Of a DNA stretch of 64,000 nt, positions 12,401 to 23,224 are shown piece after piece (positions within the stretch are counted from its first letter, which is position 1; each line of letters begins with the position of its first letter). The translations under genes were made by a program, and so were the position numbers. The notes under the pieces are model-generated. The model was given only the letters and a program-made list of their open reading frames with translations. It was not told the origin of the DNA and did not search any database. Source of the stretch: Cycas panzhihuaensis (lineage: Eukaryota > Plantae > Cycadophyta); contig CM041465.1 of the NCBI GenBank assembly GCA_023213395.1, forward strand, positions 219,487,741-219,551,740, written 5' to 3'.

Positions 12401-13903
12401 CATGCAGCTTGGAGAAATGCCATGAACGAAGAGTATCAATCTCTTATTAAGAACGGTACATGGGGGCTTGTTGATCTGCCACTTGGAAGAAAGGTAGTTC
12501 AAAATAAATGGGTGTTTAAAAACAAGTATAGATCAGATGGCACCCTAGAAAAACACAAGGTGAGGTTGGTAGCAAAAGGATTCACGCAAAGGTAAGGCAT
12601 TGACTACACTGAAATCTTTACTCCTACAACCAAGTGGCCTACAATCAGAACTCTTATAGCCTTGGGTCGCTCAGCGGTTGGAAAATCCACCAACTTGATG
12701 TTAAGACCGCATTTCTCAATGGGGACCTTAAAGAAGAAATTTACATGGCTCAACCAGAAGGATATAAGATTGACGGTCAGGAGCATAAAGTTTGTAGGCT
12801 CAAAAAGTCCTTGTACGGCCTAAAGCAAGCCCCTCGTGCTTGGTTTACCAAGTTGTCTGAAAGAATGAGGCAACTTGGATATGAGGTTTGTGACTATCAA
12901 GATATTGATGCAACATTATTCATCAAGCGCCAAAATGATAAAGTCACTTACCTCTTAATCTTTGTGGATGACATGCTCATAACGGGGAATAATGAACAGG
13001 TAATCAGCCAGCTGAAGAAGGACCTTGCTAAAACTTTTGAATTGTCTGACCTCGGGTTGATGAAATATTACTTGGGAATTAAAGTAACTCAAAAGGATAG
13101 CAAAATCTTTCTCTCCCAAGAAAAATATATCAACGATCTTCTGACAAAGTTTCAGTTGGAAGGTGCTCGACCAATGGATACACCTATGGAGCCTAATATT
13201 AAGCTCTCAGTTGATGGTGACAATCGGGAGGAGGATGCAACACTCTACAGGCAACTTGTAGGTAGTCTCATCTATACTACCAACACAAGGCCAGATATTG
13301 CACTCTCTGTCGGCATTCTTGCAAGATTCATGACAAATCCTAAGCAGAATCATTGGCAAGCTGCAATACGAGTGTTGAGGTACCTAAAGACGACTAGCAA
13401 ATATGGTCTTGTATGAACCCAATGCGTAATTTAAACTTTATGCATACACAAACTCAAACTTTGCCGAGATAAAGACACGGGAAGATCTACGTGCAGTGCG
13501 TAACATTTCTTGAACAAGACCAATATCATGGAGATCCGCACGGTGAAGATAGTTCTGAGACTCAATCAAGCCGAGTACATTCACGCTCGAGACAAGCAAG
13601 GAGGTGATATGGCTTAGAAAATTGTTGAATACATTAAATGCCACCCAAACAAGTTCTACTAGCTTACATGTAGATAATCAATCTACAATCCAGAGGGCTA
13701 AAAATCATGTATTTCATGATCGTACCAAACATATAAGTACAAAAGCCCACAGGATTAGAGAACTAGTTTATGATGGCACAATTCAATTGGAGTATTGTCC
13801 CACAGCAAATCAAGTGGCTGATATCTTCACCAAACCACTGAAGAGGGTGAAGTTTGAACAGTTCCGAAAGCAACTCGGCCTTAGGGCCTCCATCTCTGAC
13901 TGA
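9407..13903 (+). pseudogene. gag-pol: gag-pol of copia B (gag, two zinc knuckles, PR, INT, RT, RH), disrupted by stops and frameshifts
   Basis: [102 protein letters not shown]. Confidence 0.96.
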
Positions 13904-13930
13904 TTGAAGGAGATGACAATAGGACCATCA

Positions 13931-14236
13931 TACTCTGTCTCATTCGTGAAAACCCCTTGTGGGTGCGGAAGGACAAGAGTAAGTCTTTGCTCTATCCCAT
14001 TCGTGAAAACCCCATGTGGGCACGAAAGGATAAGGGTTGTATCATTTTGGAAAATCGGAACTTGTGAAAACCCGAAAGGGCATGGGGGATGACCAAATGG
14101 TATATGGAGACTCGAGATTTCAAATACAAAATTTATTGTCTTGATTGGCTATCTAGCTACATTTAAAGAGTCACTGAGCCAAAGTTAGTAGATTAGAAAA
14201 TTTGTGGGTTTTCTTCCCATGAGGGTTTCCCACAAA
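13931..14236 (+). other. Array of bulged RNA hairpins (GTG-AAAA-CCC-loop-GGG) in the 3' UTR of B
   Basis: Three self-complementary units at 13931-13981, 13989-14037 and 14043-14099, plus a hairpin at 14201-14236. Confidence 0.75.
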
Positions 14237-14322
14237 AGTATCATACTAGTTTGCTTTGTAAGAGGCTCAAATGAAGACCTCATAGGATAGAATAAAAGAG
14301 AATGAAATGACTTTCTACCATT

Positions 14323-14333
14323 AAGGGGGAGAT
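14323..14333 (+). promoter_or_regulatory. PPT of copia B
   Basis: aagggggagat immediately before the 3' LTR. Confidence 0.92.
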
Positions 14334-14629
14334 TGAAAAGGGTTAATGACATAAGGTCATTACATTAGTTGATTATTTTGAAAAAGGGTCTTAAGTGAAC
14401 TTTAAATTAGATCACTTAAGTGAAATGCACTTTCATGTGCATTATGTGTAATTTCATTTCACCTAACTCAAATGCTCCCTCTCTCAATATAAAAGTAAAG
14501 CTCAATGGAGGAGATTCATTCTTACCTCCCTATTTTGTGAGAGCTACTTTCTTTCTCTCAAGTCTCTCTTGCTCCCATGTTTGCCTTTGTGTTTAGTGCA
14601 TGGAGATTAAGGATAGATCCACTCTTTCA
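14334..14629 (+). repeat. 3' LTR of copia B
   Basis: Direct repeat of 7066-7362. Confidence 0.96.
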
Positions 14630-16218
14630 AGAAAATGATGAGAGAAACAAATAGCATAAGGTTTGTAAATACTGTCTACGTTGCAAGTATTGCTATATGC
14701 AGCAATTTGTAACTTTGATCAAGCCAAGACCCAAAGTAGATATGTGACACTACTCGGGGCTGGAAAATCTGCCCAAGTAAGGCACTTAGGCCCAGAACCA
14801 ATGCAACAAGGGGATGTGTACATCGATACCAGTTATGGCTTACTTCTAGGAGCTCCCTGGTAGCCTAAAGAAGGTATAAGAGGAAGAGAGGAAAAGAGGA
14901 GAAGGGGGTTGCCCTTGAGGAGCAAGCCTAGTTAGGTACGGAACCCACCTTGGCTCCTTTCTCTCACTCTTTGAGGACCTCTCCTCGTAGCCTCCTTGGA
15001 GAAAGCAAGAAGCTAGTGTGGACAAAAAGAGAGGAGCAAAGGGAATACCCCCTGTATGTACTAAAAAGCTATAAAATAAAAGATATACAAAGTGATCTAA
15101 TCTCTTTTAAAGAAGTTTAAAAGGGACAAAATGGAATAAACATGGGGTGGTACCTACTGGGCTGGATTAGTTGCAGGTTTACCTAAGAGAAAGGAAGAAA
15201 AAGATAGATCTATGGTGTGTAGGGGCGAATCCCTACAAGAGTTATGAAACCTGGAGAGAAGCTTGCTGAAACTTGTTGATAAAGCGTGGAAGTGGCACTT
15301 GGAGCATATCCTTTCTTGGAGAAGCTTGTTCACAAGCCTACTACCATGAATCTGAGCTGGAGAAGGCAAATCTTAGGTTGGGACACAAGAATCTTAGATG
15401 TTGCAGGGCATTCCTGGAGAAGACTACCTATGAAAGTAGAAGAAGAGAGGAGAATAGGTGGAAGAAAAGAAGGAAAATGAAGTTCTTTTGGGTTTTATAT
15501 CTAACCTTAGATTGAATGGACAATTAGGGTTAGGCTAAGATTTGATGGATGACTAAGCCACATGGCAGTTTTACGAAAAAAGCAAAATTTAACATGGAAG
15601 ATTTTTAAAAATGTTTTATGACAATTACCACATGACAAACTTTGTAGTACCGTGGAGTTTACAGTGGTACCATGACATTTCTCATGATGTAGTGACATAT
15701 GCAAAAATAGGACAAAAATAGGTGCCCAGAAGCCCTAAAGAAGGGTACCCCAGGCCTACGAGGGGCTAGCCCTCTGTCTAGGTGGCTGAGAACAGTCATA
15801 TGGAAGGGATGACCTAAACCGAATGGGGTACTAGAGCGGTAGGGTTCCTAGGAAACTAACAAAATGGATAGGAATGCACTAATCACACCTAGCAGGGCGC
15901 TAGTAGTTGTGATGTGGTGATAAGGGTGTGAACGGATCACATAGGCTAGTTAGCATTTGAAACCACATGGAGGTGCATAGGAGGGTTGTGGAGTGCCATG
16001 GGGATACATGTCCCTTAGATCATTATAGGCTAAAAGAGTATCAAGCAATATGATCAAGCAGCAGATGCAAGATGATCACTCAAATATATCAGTCAGTCAT
16101 GCAATAAAAGGATGTTTCAGTTTACCTTTCTATAGAAGTAGCAAAGGCAAAGGCTAGAAGCATACCTGTACTTACCTAAGTCAACTTTCTAAGAACCCAC
16201 TCCCTTAGCTGGGAAACA

Positions 16219-16230
16219 CTTCCCCCTTGG
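16219..16230 (-). promoter_or_regulatory. PPT of element A
   Basis: Minus strand ccaagggggaag before tgtttcccagct; near-identical to the PPT of C. Confidence 0.88.
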
Positions 16231-16293
16231 TAGCTGAGCCTTGCGGCTCGGAGGTGTAATGCGACGGTGAATGTTGGTAACACAATGCTAGTA

Positions 16294-16348
<55 letters not shown>
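16294..16348. repeat. (TA)n(GA)n microsatellite
   Basis: Direct reading. Confidence 0.95.
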
Positions 16349-16351
<3 letters not shown>

Positions 16352-16759
16352 GAATGGTGTGAGCCAAGGGTAACAGTGAGTATCATTGTGGAATGTGTAG
16401 GTGTAGAGGCAAGGGCAAGACAACATAAGGGCTACCTATATGTCACTGTATAGACAATAAGTAATGATAGTGGATGAGGGAGATGCCCCCATCTTGAGAG
16501 TAGAATGGAAGGGTGGTGATGACCACACATAAGATCAAAAAGATGTCATGAATAAGGTGCTATATACGAAAGATAAGTTAACACTAGTTGGAGTTATGTA
16601 CTAAGAGAGATGCTAAGAGTAGAGTGAAGAGAACAAACCTGGTGGTTGCCATAGTTTAACCTCATTAGCGATCAATTTTTAGAGGTGCGAACAAATCATG
16701 ATGTGAAGGATAAGATGACTTGAGACTTCGGTGCCTGAATGACCAGATAAGCCTCTCAA

Positions 16760-17177
16760 GGTGGGTCAATAAGGAGAGGAAGGTGACACTCAAGGATGAG
16801 ATGAACCAGGTTGTTTGCCTCAGCATTGAGAGCCTGAGGAATGTGTCAGATGTCAATGGATGGAAAACAAGCTAACAGGGATCTGGCAGTCGAGGTGAGG
16901 GCTCTCAGGCATGGGCACTACACCTATAGACCTGGGTGAGATGGGACACCATAACTTGAGAGTCGCAAAAGAAAATGATGGGTCCACGGTGGAAACGGAG
17001 CACATTGGTAAGGGCCTCAATAATAGTTGTGTACTCAGCTTCTTTATTAGTGGCCTCAGAAAGGAAGATCCTAGAATGCATAAAGTCGTGTCTGGAAGGG
17101 TCATGAAGAATCCACGTGGTGATGGAAGGGCCTGGGTTGCTGCGACTTCCTCAATCTATGAAAATGAGTAATGCCAT
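16760..17177 (-). pseudogene. Stand-alone archaeal-type RNase H (aRH) ORF of element A
   Basis: MALLIFID*GSRSNPGPS...EATNKEAEY..IIEAL...CDSQVMVSHLTQVY..(frameshift)..TARSLLACFPSIDI*HIPQALNAEANNLV; RNase HI motifs DG.SRGNPG, TNN.AEY, DS, H.PR..N..AD.L. Confidence 0.85.
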
Positions 17178-17706
17178 GACAAAAGAAAGTGTTGACAAGG
17201 TCAGCAGGTCAAAAGGACTTGACAATGTGAGACAGTCATAGTTCAAGCTCGAGTGGCTATCAACAGAGGCTGCGAAGGGGAGGAAGACCTAGAGATGAGG
17301 CTACCCAAGGGTAGAGGAGACTATCCAGCAGATGGCAAAGAACCAGCAGCAAAAAGGCCCCTCTAGGGGTGCCAAAGGTCGCTTAAGGAAGCGAAGCGTG
17401 GTCTCGAGTGGGGGAACGCTTCCTTTGGGAGCCCTAGAGGTGCAAATAGGCAATAAAAATGGGTTCAGGATGGCGAAATGAGCCAAATGAGTATAAACTT
17501 GAGTATATATGGAGGTAGTACACAAAATGAGATAAAAGGAGCCTCGCAGGGCCAAGGAGAGGGCGCCATAAATGCACCTAAAAGGATAAGGAGAAAAGAA
17601 AGCCATGGAGGTGAAATGGGAGATAGACCCAGAAGGCAAAGGTGATCAGGGAAGATTGATGATCCCAAGGGTCGTCGCGGTGAGAGAAACAGAAGAGGTG
17701 CCTGTT

Positions 17707-17726
17707 GGGGCCCCTACTTATATAAG
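17707..17726. promoter_or_regulatory. Candidate bidirectional TATA between the aRH and PMD genes of A
   Basis: Palindromes ggggcccc (17707-17714) and cttatataag (17717-17726); homologous tttataaaagggcccc in C. Confidence 0.5.
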
Positions 17727-17886
17727 GAAAACTCGACAAAAATGGGATTCATTTTCACGGGGTCACGATCGATTCAGAGCCCTCTTCTTTACACAGTGGA
17801 GTGCTGCCTGACTTCGGAGGCACGCAGGGAGAGATCAGACTATTAGATCGGGACACAAAGATAGCTAACGAGACTGGGGAGATGAG

Positions 17887-19718
17887 ATGGTGGTAGTGAG
17901 GCTGGATTCGGTGAGTGTATCACCCATTTCCTAACCTATCTTGTCATTTAAATTTAATGCCTTTTTATTATTTTTTAGTATAGTTTTTAGCCCCTTATGG
18001 GAAAATAGCGATCTCCTGGAGTCCAAATTAGACCCAGCGAGAAGGAGGATCAGGGCATTAAGTAGCCTTGGTCTTGGTGGGCCGAAGCATTGCCCACCCA
18101 GGCAAAAATTTTAGATTTTTTGGGTAAGAAACCCCACCTAATATGGGGGTATCACTAGCACCATGGCAAAGATCACGGTGCCCTGAACTTTTCCATGGAG
18201 CCACTAAGTTTACATTGAAAACTCAATGGGTCCCATGCTAAACTCTGTGGTGCTGTAGAGTTTAGCATAGTGCAAAGGTAAATAGACTAAAAACGTAAAG
18301 AATGACCTGAAGGAGTGCCTAACCTCGATCAAGGAGGAATGAGAGGCAGTCTTGAAAGCAAGCAGGCAGGTCTAGATGAGTTTTGACTTATTTTTGGGTG
18401 TTTTGTAGGCAGTTATCACGGTGCACAACCGCAAGAACATAGGGGTAGCCATGCTTAGCTTTATCTAGATGATGCCTTGTGGAGATAGGCAAGTGTTGAG
18501 GAGGTGTGGGTTACTGAAGGCTATTAAAACATTATAGTATGCATCTGATCAGTGCCTCCTAATGGATATAGTCTTGCACTGGGATTGATATAGGCATGTA
18601 TTCCATCTCGCCCAAGTGGAAGATGTCATAGTCACGCCAGGAGACGTTAGGAGGATCCTGGGGGTACCAGCAGCATGAGCACCAACATCACTAGGGGCAT
18701 TGCCAAGTAATGGTGCAGTGCACAGGGAGGCAGTGACCTACTTCACAGGTCAGGATCGATGGGAGAGAAGAGGCATTCCAGTGTAGAGCATGATTGTGTC
18801 TAGGATTCCTTGAGTGAGGAAGTTGATTACATTGTGCATTCTATTCTAGATATCCTAGAAACAGAATTACAGGGACATACCCAACAGGTGGATGAATATT
18901 GTAAGGAGATTCAAGGCCAGGGAGAGATTAGACTAGGCTATACTAATAGCGGTAAACTTGATTGCCTAGTTAGATGCCATCAGGGTGGTCAGGAGAGGAG
19001 GACTATCGTATAACACGCTACTACAGTGCTAGTTCTTCGATCATTTTGGAGTAGTGGCACCAATAAGAGGACCGCATCTGATCTCAGCATGGGCTCCCAT
19101 CATCCACATGTGGCAGACTCGATTCAAGGGAACCGAGGACCAGGCACACGTCTGATGCTCAATAAAGGAGATATCAGTAGACCTCCTCACCACAGAAGAC
19201 TATACAACAAATCCATATAAAGGGGTGAGGTGGGATAGTGATGACAAGGAAAGAGGAGTAGGAGGTACCCCTGGTGATGGAGATGATGATGATGGAGGTG
19301 ATGGCGATGATGGGGTCGGCCCATCTAGAGTAGTAGGTGGAGAGGCAGGTCCATCAAGGACTGCAAGAGGAGAAGCAAGACTATCCAGAGCCGCAGGAGG
19401 AGAGGCAAGTCCTTTGAGGACTGCAAGGAGAGGTGGAGCACCCTAGACGCCAGTCCAGAGGTTGAGGATAGTGGGGAGAGCCAGGGCAGCGGCAACACCT
19501 GTAGAGGAGGGTGGAGGTGCCCTGGTAGGGTAGGCGATCGACGAGGTGGTACCAGAGGAGGAGGAGGTACCAGCAATAGGGGGAGGACCCAAGGAGGAGG
19601 TGATCATCTGAGTCAGGGAGCTGGCAGTCCCAGCAGGTGAGATGCTATCCTTTCTGTTGTCTTTCAATCACTACATACCTAGTTACTTTATTTTGTATGG
19701 TTTGTTTGGTATAGATAT

Positions 19719-19810
<92 letters not shown>

Positions 19811-20400
19811 ACACATGGCATGTTGGATTTTGCAAGAGGAGTGGAGATCGAGAGGTTGGTTGAGGCGGTAGTCTGGGAGATGTTCCCATGGGCCTCGGAG
19901 GGGCAACCTCCCATCCAGGCAAGACAGGAGCCACGGTCGGCAGGGGCCCACACAATAACATTTATCCCATTGGTTAGGGGTAGAGACGTGTGGGTAGTAG
20001 AGTCCCAGGAGCATGAGGCACGAGTGGGACGACTACAGGGAGAGCTGGATGTGACCAGAGCAAAGAGGGATGCTCTACGAGGCTAGGTCCAGGCACTAAA
20101 GACTCAGGGAGGAGTAGGTGATGATGCAGCGAGTCACATCAGGGTAGTGGTGCTAGAGGAGCAGCTCTAAGGGATGGAGGAGATGCTCTAGAGGACAGAG
20201 AGGGAGGGATAATATCCAAGCCTAATATAATTAGGTAGTGGATTAGATGACATCAAGGTCATCATAGAGTAGGACACATACCCATACGGCGGCGAAGACC
20301 TCAAGGAGGCCTCAAGACAAGGGGAGTGAGGCAGGGAGCTCCCAAAGGCACAGGATGAGTCTGGGAGGGATGTAGTACCTATGAGAGGGATCACATAGAC
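17887..20400 (+). pseudogene. Spliced plant mobile domain (PMD) gene, antisense to element A; exons about 17887-17910, 18409-19636, 19836-20400
   Basis: DQCLLMDIVLHWD*YRHVFHLAQVEDVIVTPGDVRRILGVP fits the PMD core (W...THTFHLP.GE.TIT..DV..ILG.P); then a D/G/E-rich tract and a coiled-coil-like exon; donors gtgagt 17911 and gtgaga 19637, acceptor ttttgtag 18408. Confidence 0.78.
19721..19808. repeat. (TA)n inside predicted PMD intron 2
   Basis: Direct reading. Confidence 0.95.
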
Positions 20401-21879
20401 CAAGAGATGATACCCCAGGAGCAAGATAGCATTGGAGAGTAGGATGATACCAGTTTTAATTTGGAAAAGTACCGGACCTCCATGGAGTCACCATATGTTA
20501 CCACATGATTGTACTCCTCCTTGTAAGGATTCTAGCTTCCCACAAATAATGTACCATACCATTTGTATGATATGACACATGATGATTTTATGTATATAGA
20601 CGAGGCCATTGGTACTCCATTTGATATATGATGATGTGTGTGATGACATATGATGATGGATGATGTTGCATTTACTTTTATATGTATGTTTGTGTGTATA
20701 TTGTGTGAGGGTGCATGGATGCACGAGGATCTATAGATCATGATGTTTTGAGCTAATTATCATATGGTTTGTATTTGAGGTTTGTTTGAGTTGCATGCAC
20801 TTCCTTTCATGCAGAGCCACATTCCTAGCAGGTGCACACACGATCACCATGAGTATCAGCGATGGATATATGTGAGGCTAGGAGATAGGGAAGCATACAT
20901 GTACATATGGAAGCATACATGTAAGCATAGCAGAATATGCAAAGGAAGCACTAGTGAGAGAGAGAGTAACAATACTCCAACATGCTATCCTTATTAAGGA
21001 ATTTATCCAAGCTCAAGAGCAATAGGGATAACACACCTAATTAGGAAGATGGGGCCCCCTAAAGAAGAAGGGGGACAAGGGGTTCCACAAGAGGAACCCA
21101 AAAGAAGCAAGAAGTCCACCCTAAACTATCATTCCACTTGTGACTAGGGGTAATGGGGACATGCCCAGGGTGGTATTTTAGGCTCATTTCAGAGCGCAAC
21201 GAGAGGAAGAAGTGTGCCTAGCCAACACAGGGGTAGGGGTAGTCACACGTAGAATTGGAGATAAGTGACAAAGGGTAGGCCCTATGTAGCTAGGCCTATA
21301 AGCAAAATGGTTTTAGTTGGCACCTGATGAGTGCAGTGGGCCTAACATGCGATGGATCGCGTGGCAAGGTCGCATCTAAGTAGGAGTGGCTCTGGCCCTG
21401 GGTAAGGATCTAGAGCGTGAAGAAGAAGTGCCTCTACGAGTGGCCCGTCAATGTGGATGCCTGCGTTAAACCACTCGGGGAGGGCGAGAAGGTGAAAGAA
21501 ATGACTAGTTCGAAACTAGCGACTCAGGAGCCAATGTAGTATAAAGAGGAGTAGGAATATCTAATTGAGATATCTCCCTAGGTGTACGTGAAACCAGGGT
21601 GACACTCCAAGGAGGGGGCTCATAACCCTTACTATCCAACTCAGAATCACTCGTGACGGCTAAATAACTATAATTACCTATACTAATAGGAGCAAAACTC
21701 ACTAGGTTTGGCTCATGACAAGGCATAGGTTCTAACTAATGAAGGTCGATCTCCTAGACTAGAGGCCCTAAGAAAGGGATAGCCTCCTCATGATCACTAT
21801 CTTCATCATCGAAGACAACCTGGCAGGTTAGATGAGAAGTGTGAGATGGTATAGGCTTACAGATGATAACCTTAACTTG

Positions 21880-22230
21880 TCCTTCATGAACAAATTTAAG
21901 TTTCCCCTAATGTGAGGAGCAGACTGCTCCCATTTGGTCAAGCTATGGTTGGCCCAATAAGAAGTTGTACTCCACATCGATATCGAGTACAACAACTTTG
22001 ATAGAAACGGTCTTCCCTCCTAAGGTGAGGGAAAGGAAGATTGTCCCTAAGGGGGACTTCTTAGTCCCATCATACCCTTGGCATTTCTAAGGGACAAACT
22101 CAAAAGCTACTATGCCTAGCTCCTTGAGCATGCACACGGGCATAACATTAACTAAGGAGCCATTATCTATGATGGTCCTCTTTATGATAAATTGGTAGTG
22201 TCAACGGAAATGAAAAATAGGTAATGCAAA
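21880..22230 (-). pseudogene. Aspartic protease of element A
   Basis: IIDNGSLVNVMPVCMLKELGI...VVLDIDVEYNFLLGQP*LDQMGAVCSSH; homologous to 36330-36670. Confidence 0.85.
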
Positions 22231-23224
22231 AACTTCTCATGTTCACTAGGATATGGGAGATCTCAGGGATCGAATAAGATGATAGGTGGTCCATAGGAGG
22301 TGGCACCTGCCACATGGATAGAAGCATTTTATTGGCTAAGAGCTTCAAGAAGAAGAGCGCGTTGCTCAGGATAGCTTCTCAAGACATCCTCGTGGTGACG
22401 GTATGAAGCTCATCAACGATAGAGAAGGACTTCCCCTTCATGTTAGGTTGGGGAAGTGCCCTTCAAAAATTGTAATGGCCAGGGTGCACGGGAACGGTCT
22501 AAGGAAGTGCAGGGATTTCTAGAGGAGGGACCTCTGGAAGAGGATTAGGGTGAGGTGTAGATGAAGAGGTGTCATTCACCTCTTTAACTACTTGAGACTG
22601 GGTTAGAGCATATAATGGAGTAGTCTCAAGCATCTGAATGACCTTATTTCCCTTGTTTCAGGATCGTGAAGGCAAAGAAGTATGATGGTTAGGCGAGCCT
22701 GAGGAAGAGGATGAATTCCTCACACCCTTCCCTTTAGCTTGTGAAGGGCGAGGGTTTGGGGATCTTCCTCAGTTCTGGTTGTTCTTTTGTTGGTGCTTGT
22801 GATCACTTTCCCCATGCTTGGGGAAGGGATCTCTATGGACAGGCTAGTCTAGGTTAGGCCTAGACGCTCGTTTGGGGGAAGAATCGCATTGCGAGGTAGC
22901 TCTAAGATGTTGAGCCCAGTATCGCGAGTCTTCGTGGAAGCATTCTCCATGGATGGAGCACCACTTCTTTTCAAGGGAGGAATCATGTTTCCTAGTTTAA
23001 GAGGACTGGGTGTTGCCACCCTTAGAAGGAGCAACTTGAGAGGCCTAATGGACTAGCTTATGCAATGTAGAGGATGAAGGAACTTGGAGCTTAAGCTCCT
23101 TTATTATACGTTTGAATGAACGTATGGCTGAAGTGAGAGGATCTAGGGTCTTCTCGATAGAATGAGAAGAAGACCTAGTGAGTTATTGGGTTTTGGTTTC
23201 TCATGGTGGTGGAGGTGCCTCGCG

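Larger units (their letters stand above)
7066..14629 (+). mobile_element. Element B: young full-length Ty1/copia retrotransposon
   Basis: LTRs 7066-7362 and 14334-14629 (6 substitutions + 1 indel by eye); perfect TSD agaaa 7061-7065 / 14630-14634; empty site intact in the sister LTR near 26672. Confidence 0.97.

Noticed and set aside
13931-14099. CRISPR-like repeat-spacer appearance (also 40515-40690)
   Set aside because: Eukaryotic retroelement context, degenerate repeats, spacers that pair as stems, and no cas genes.
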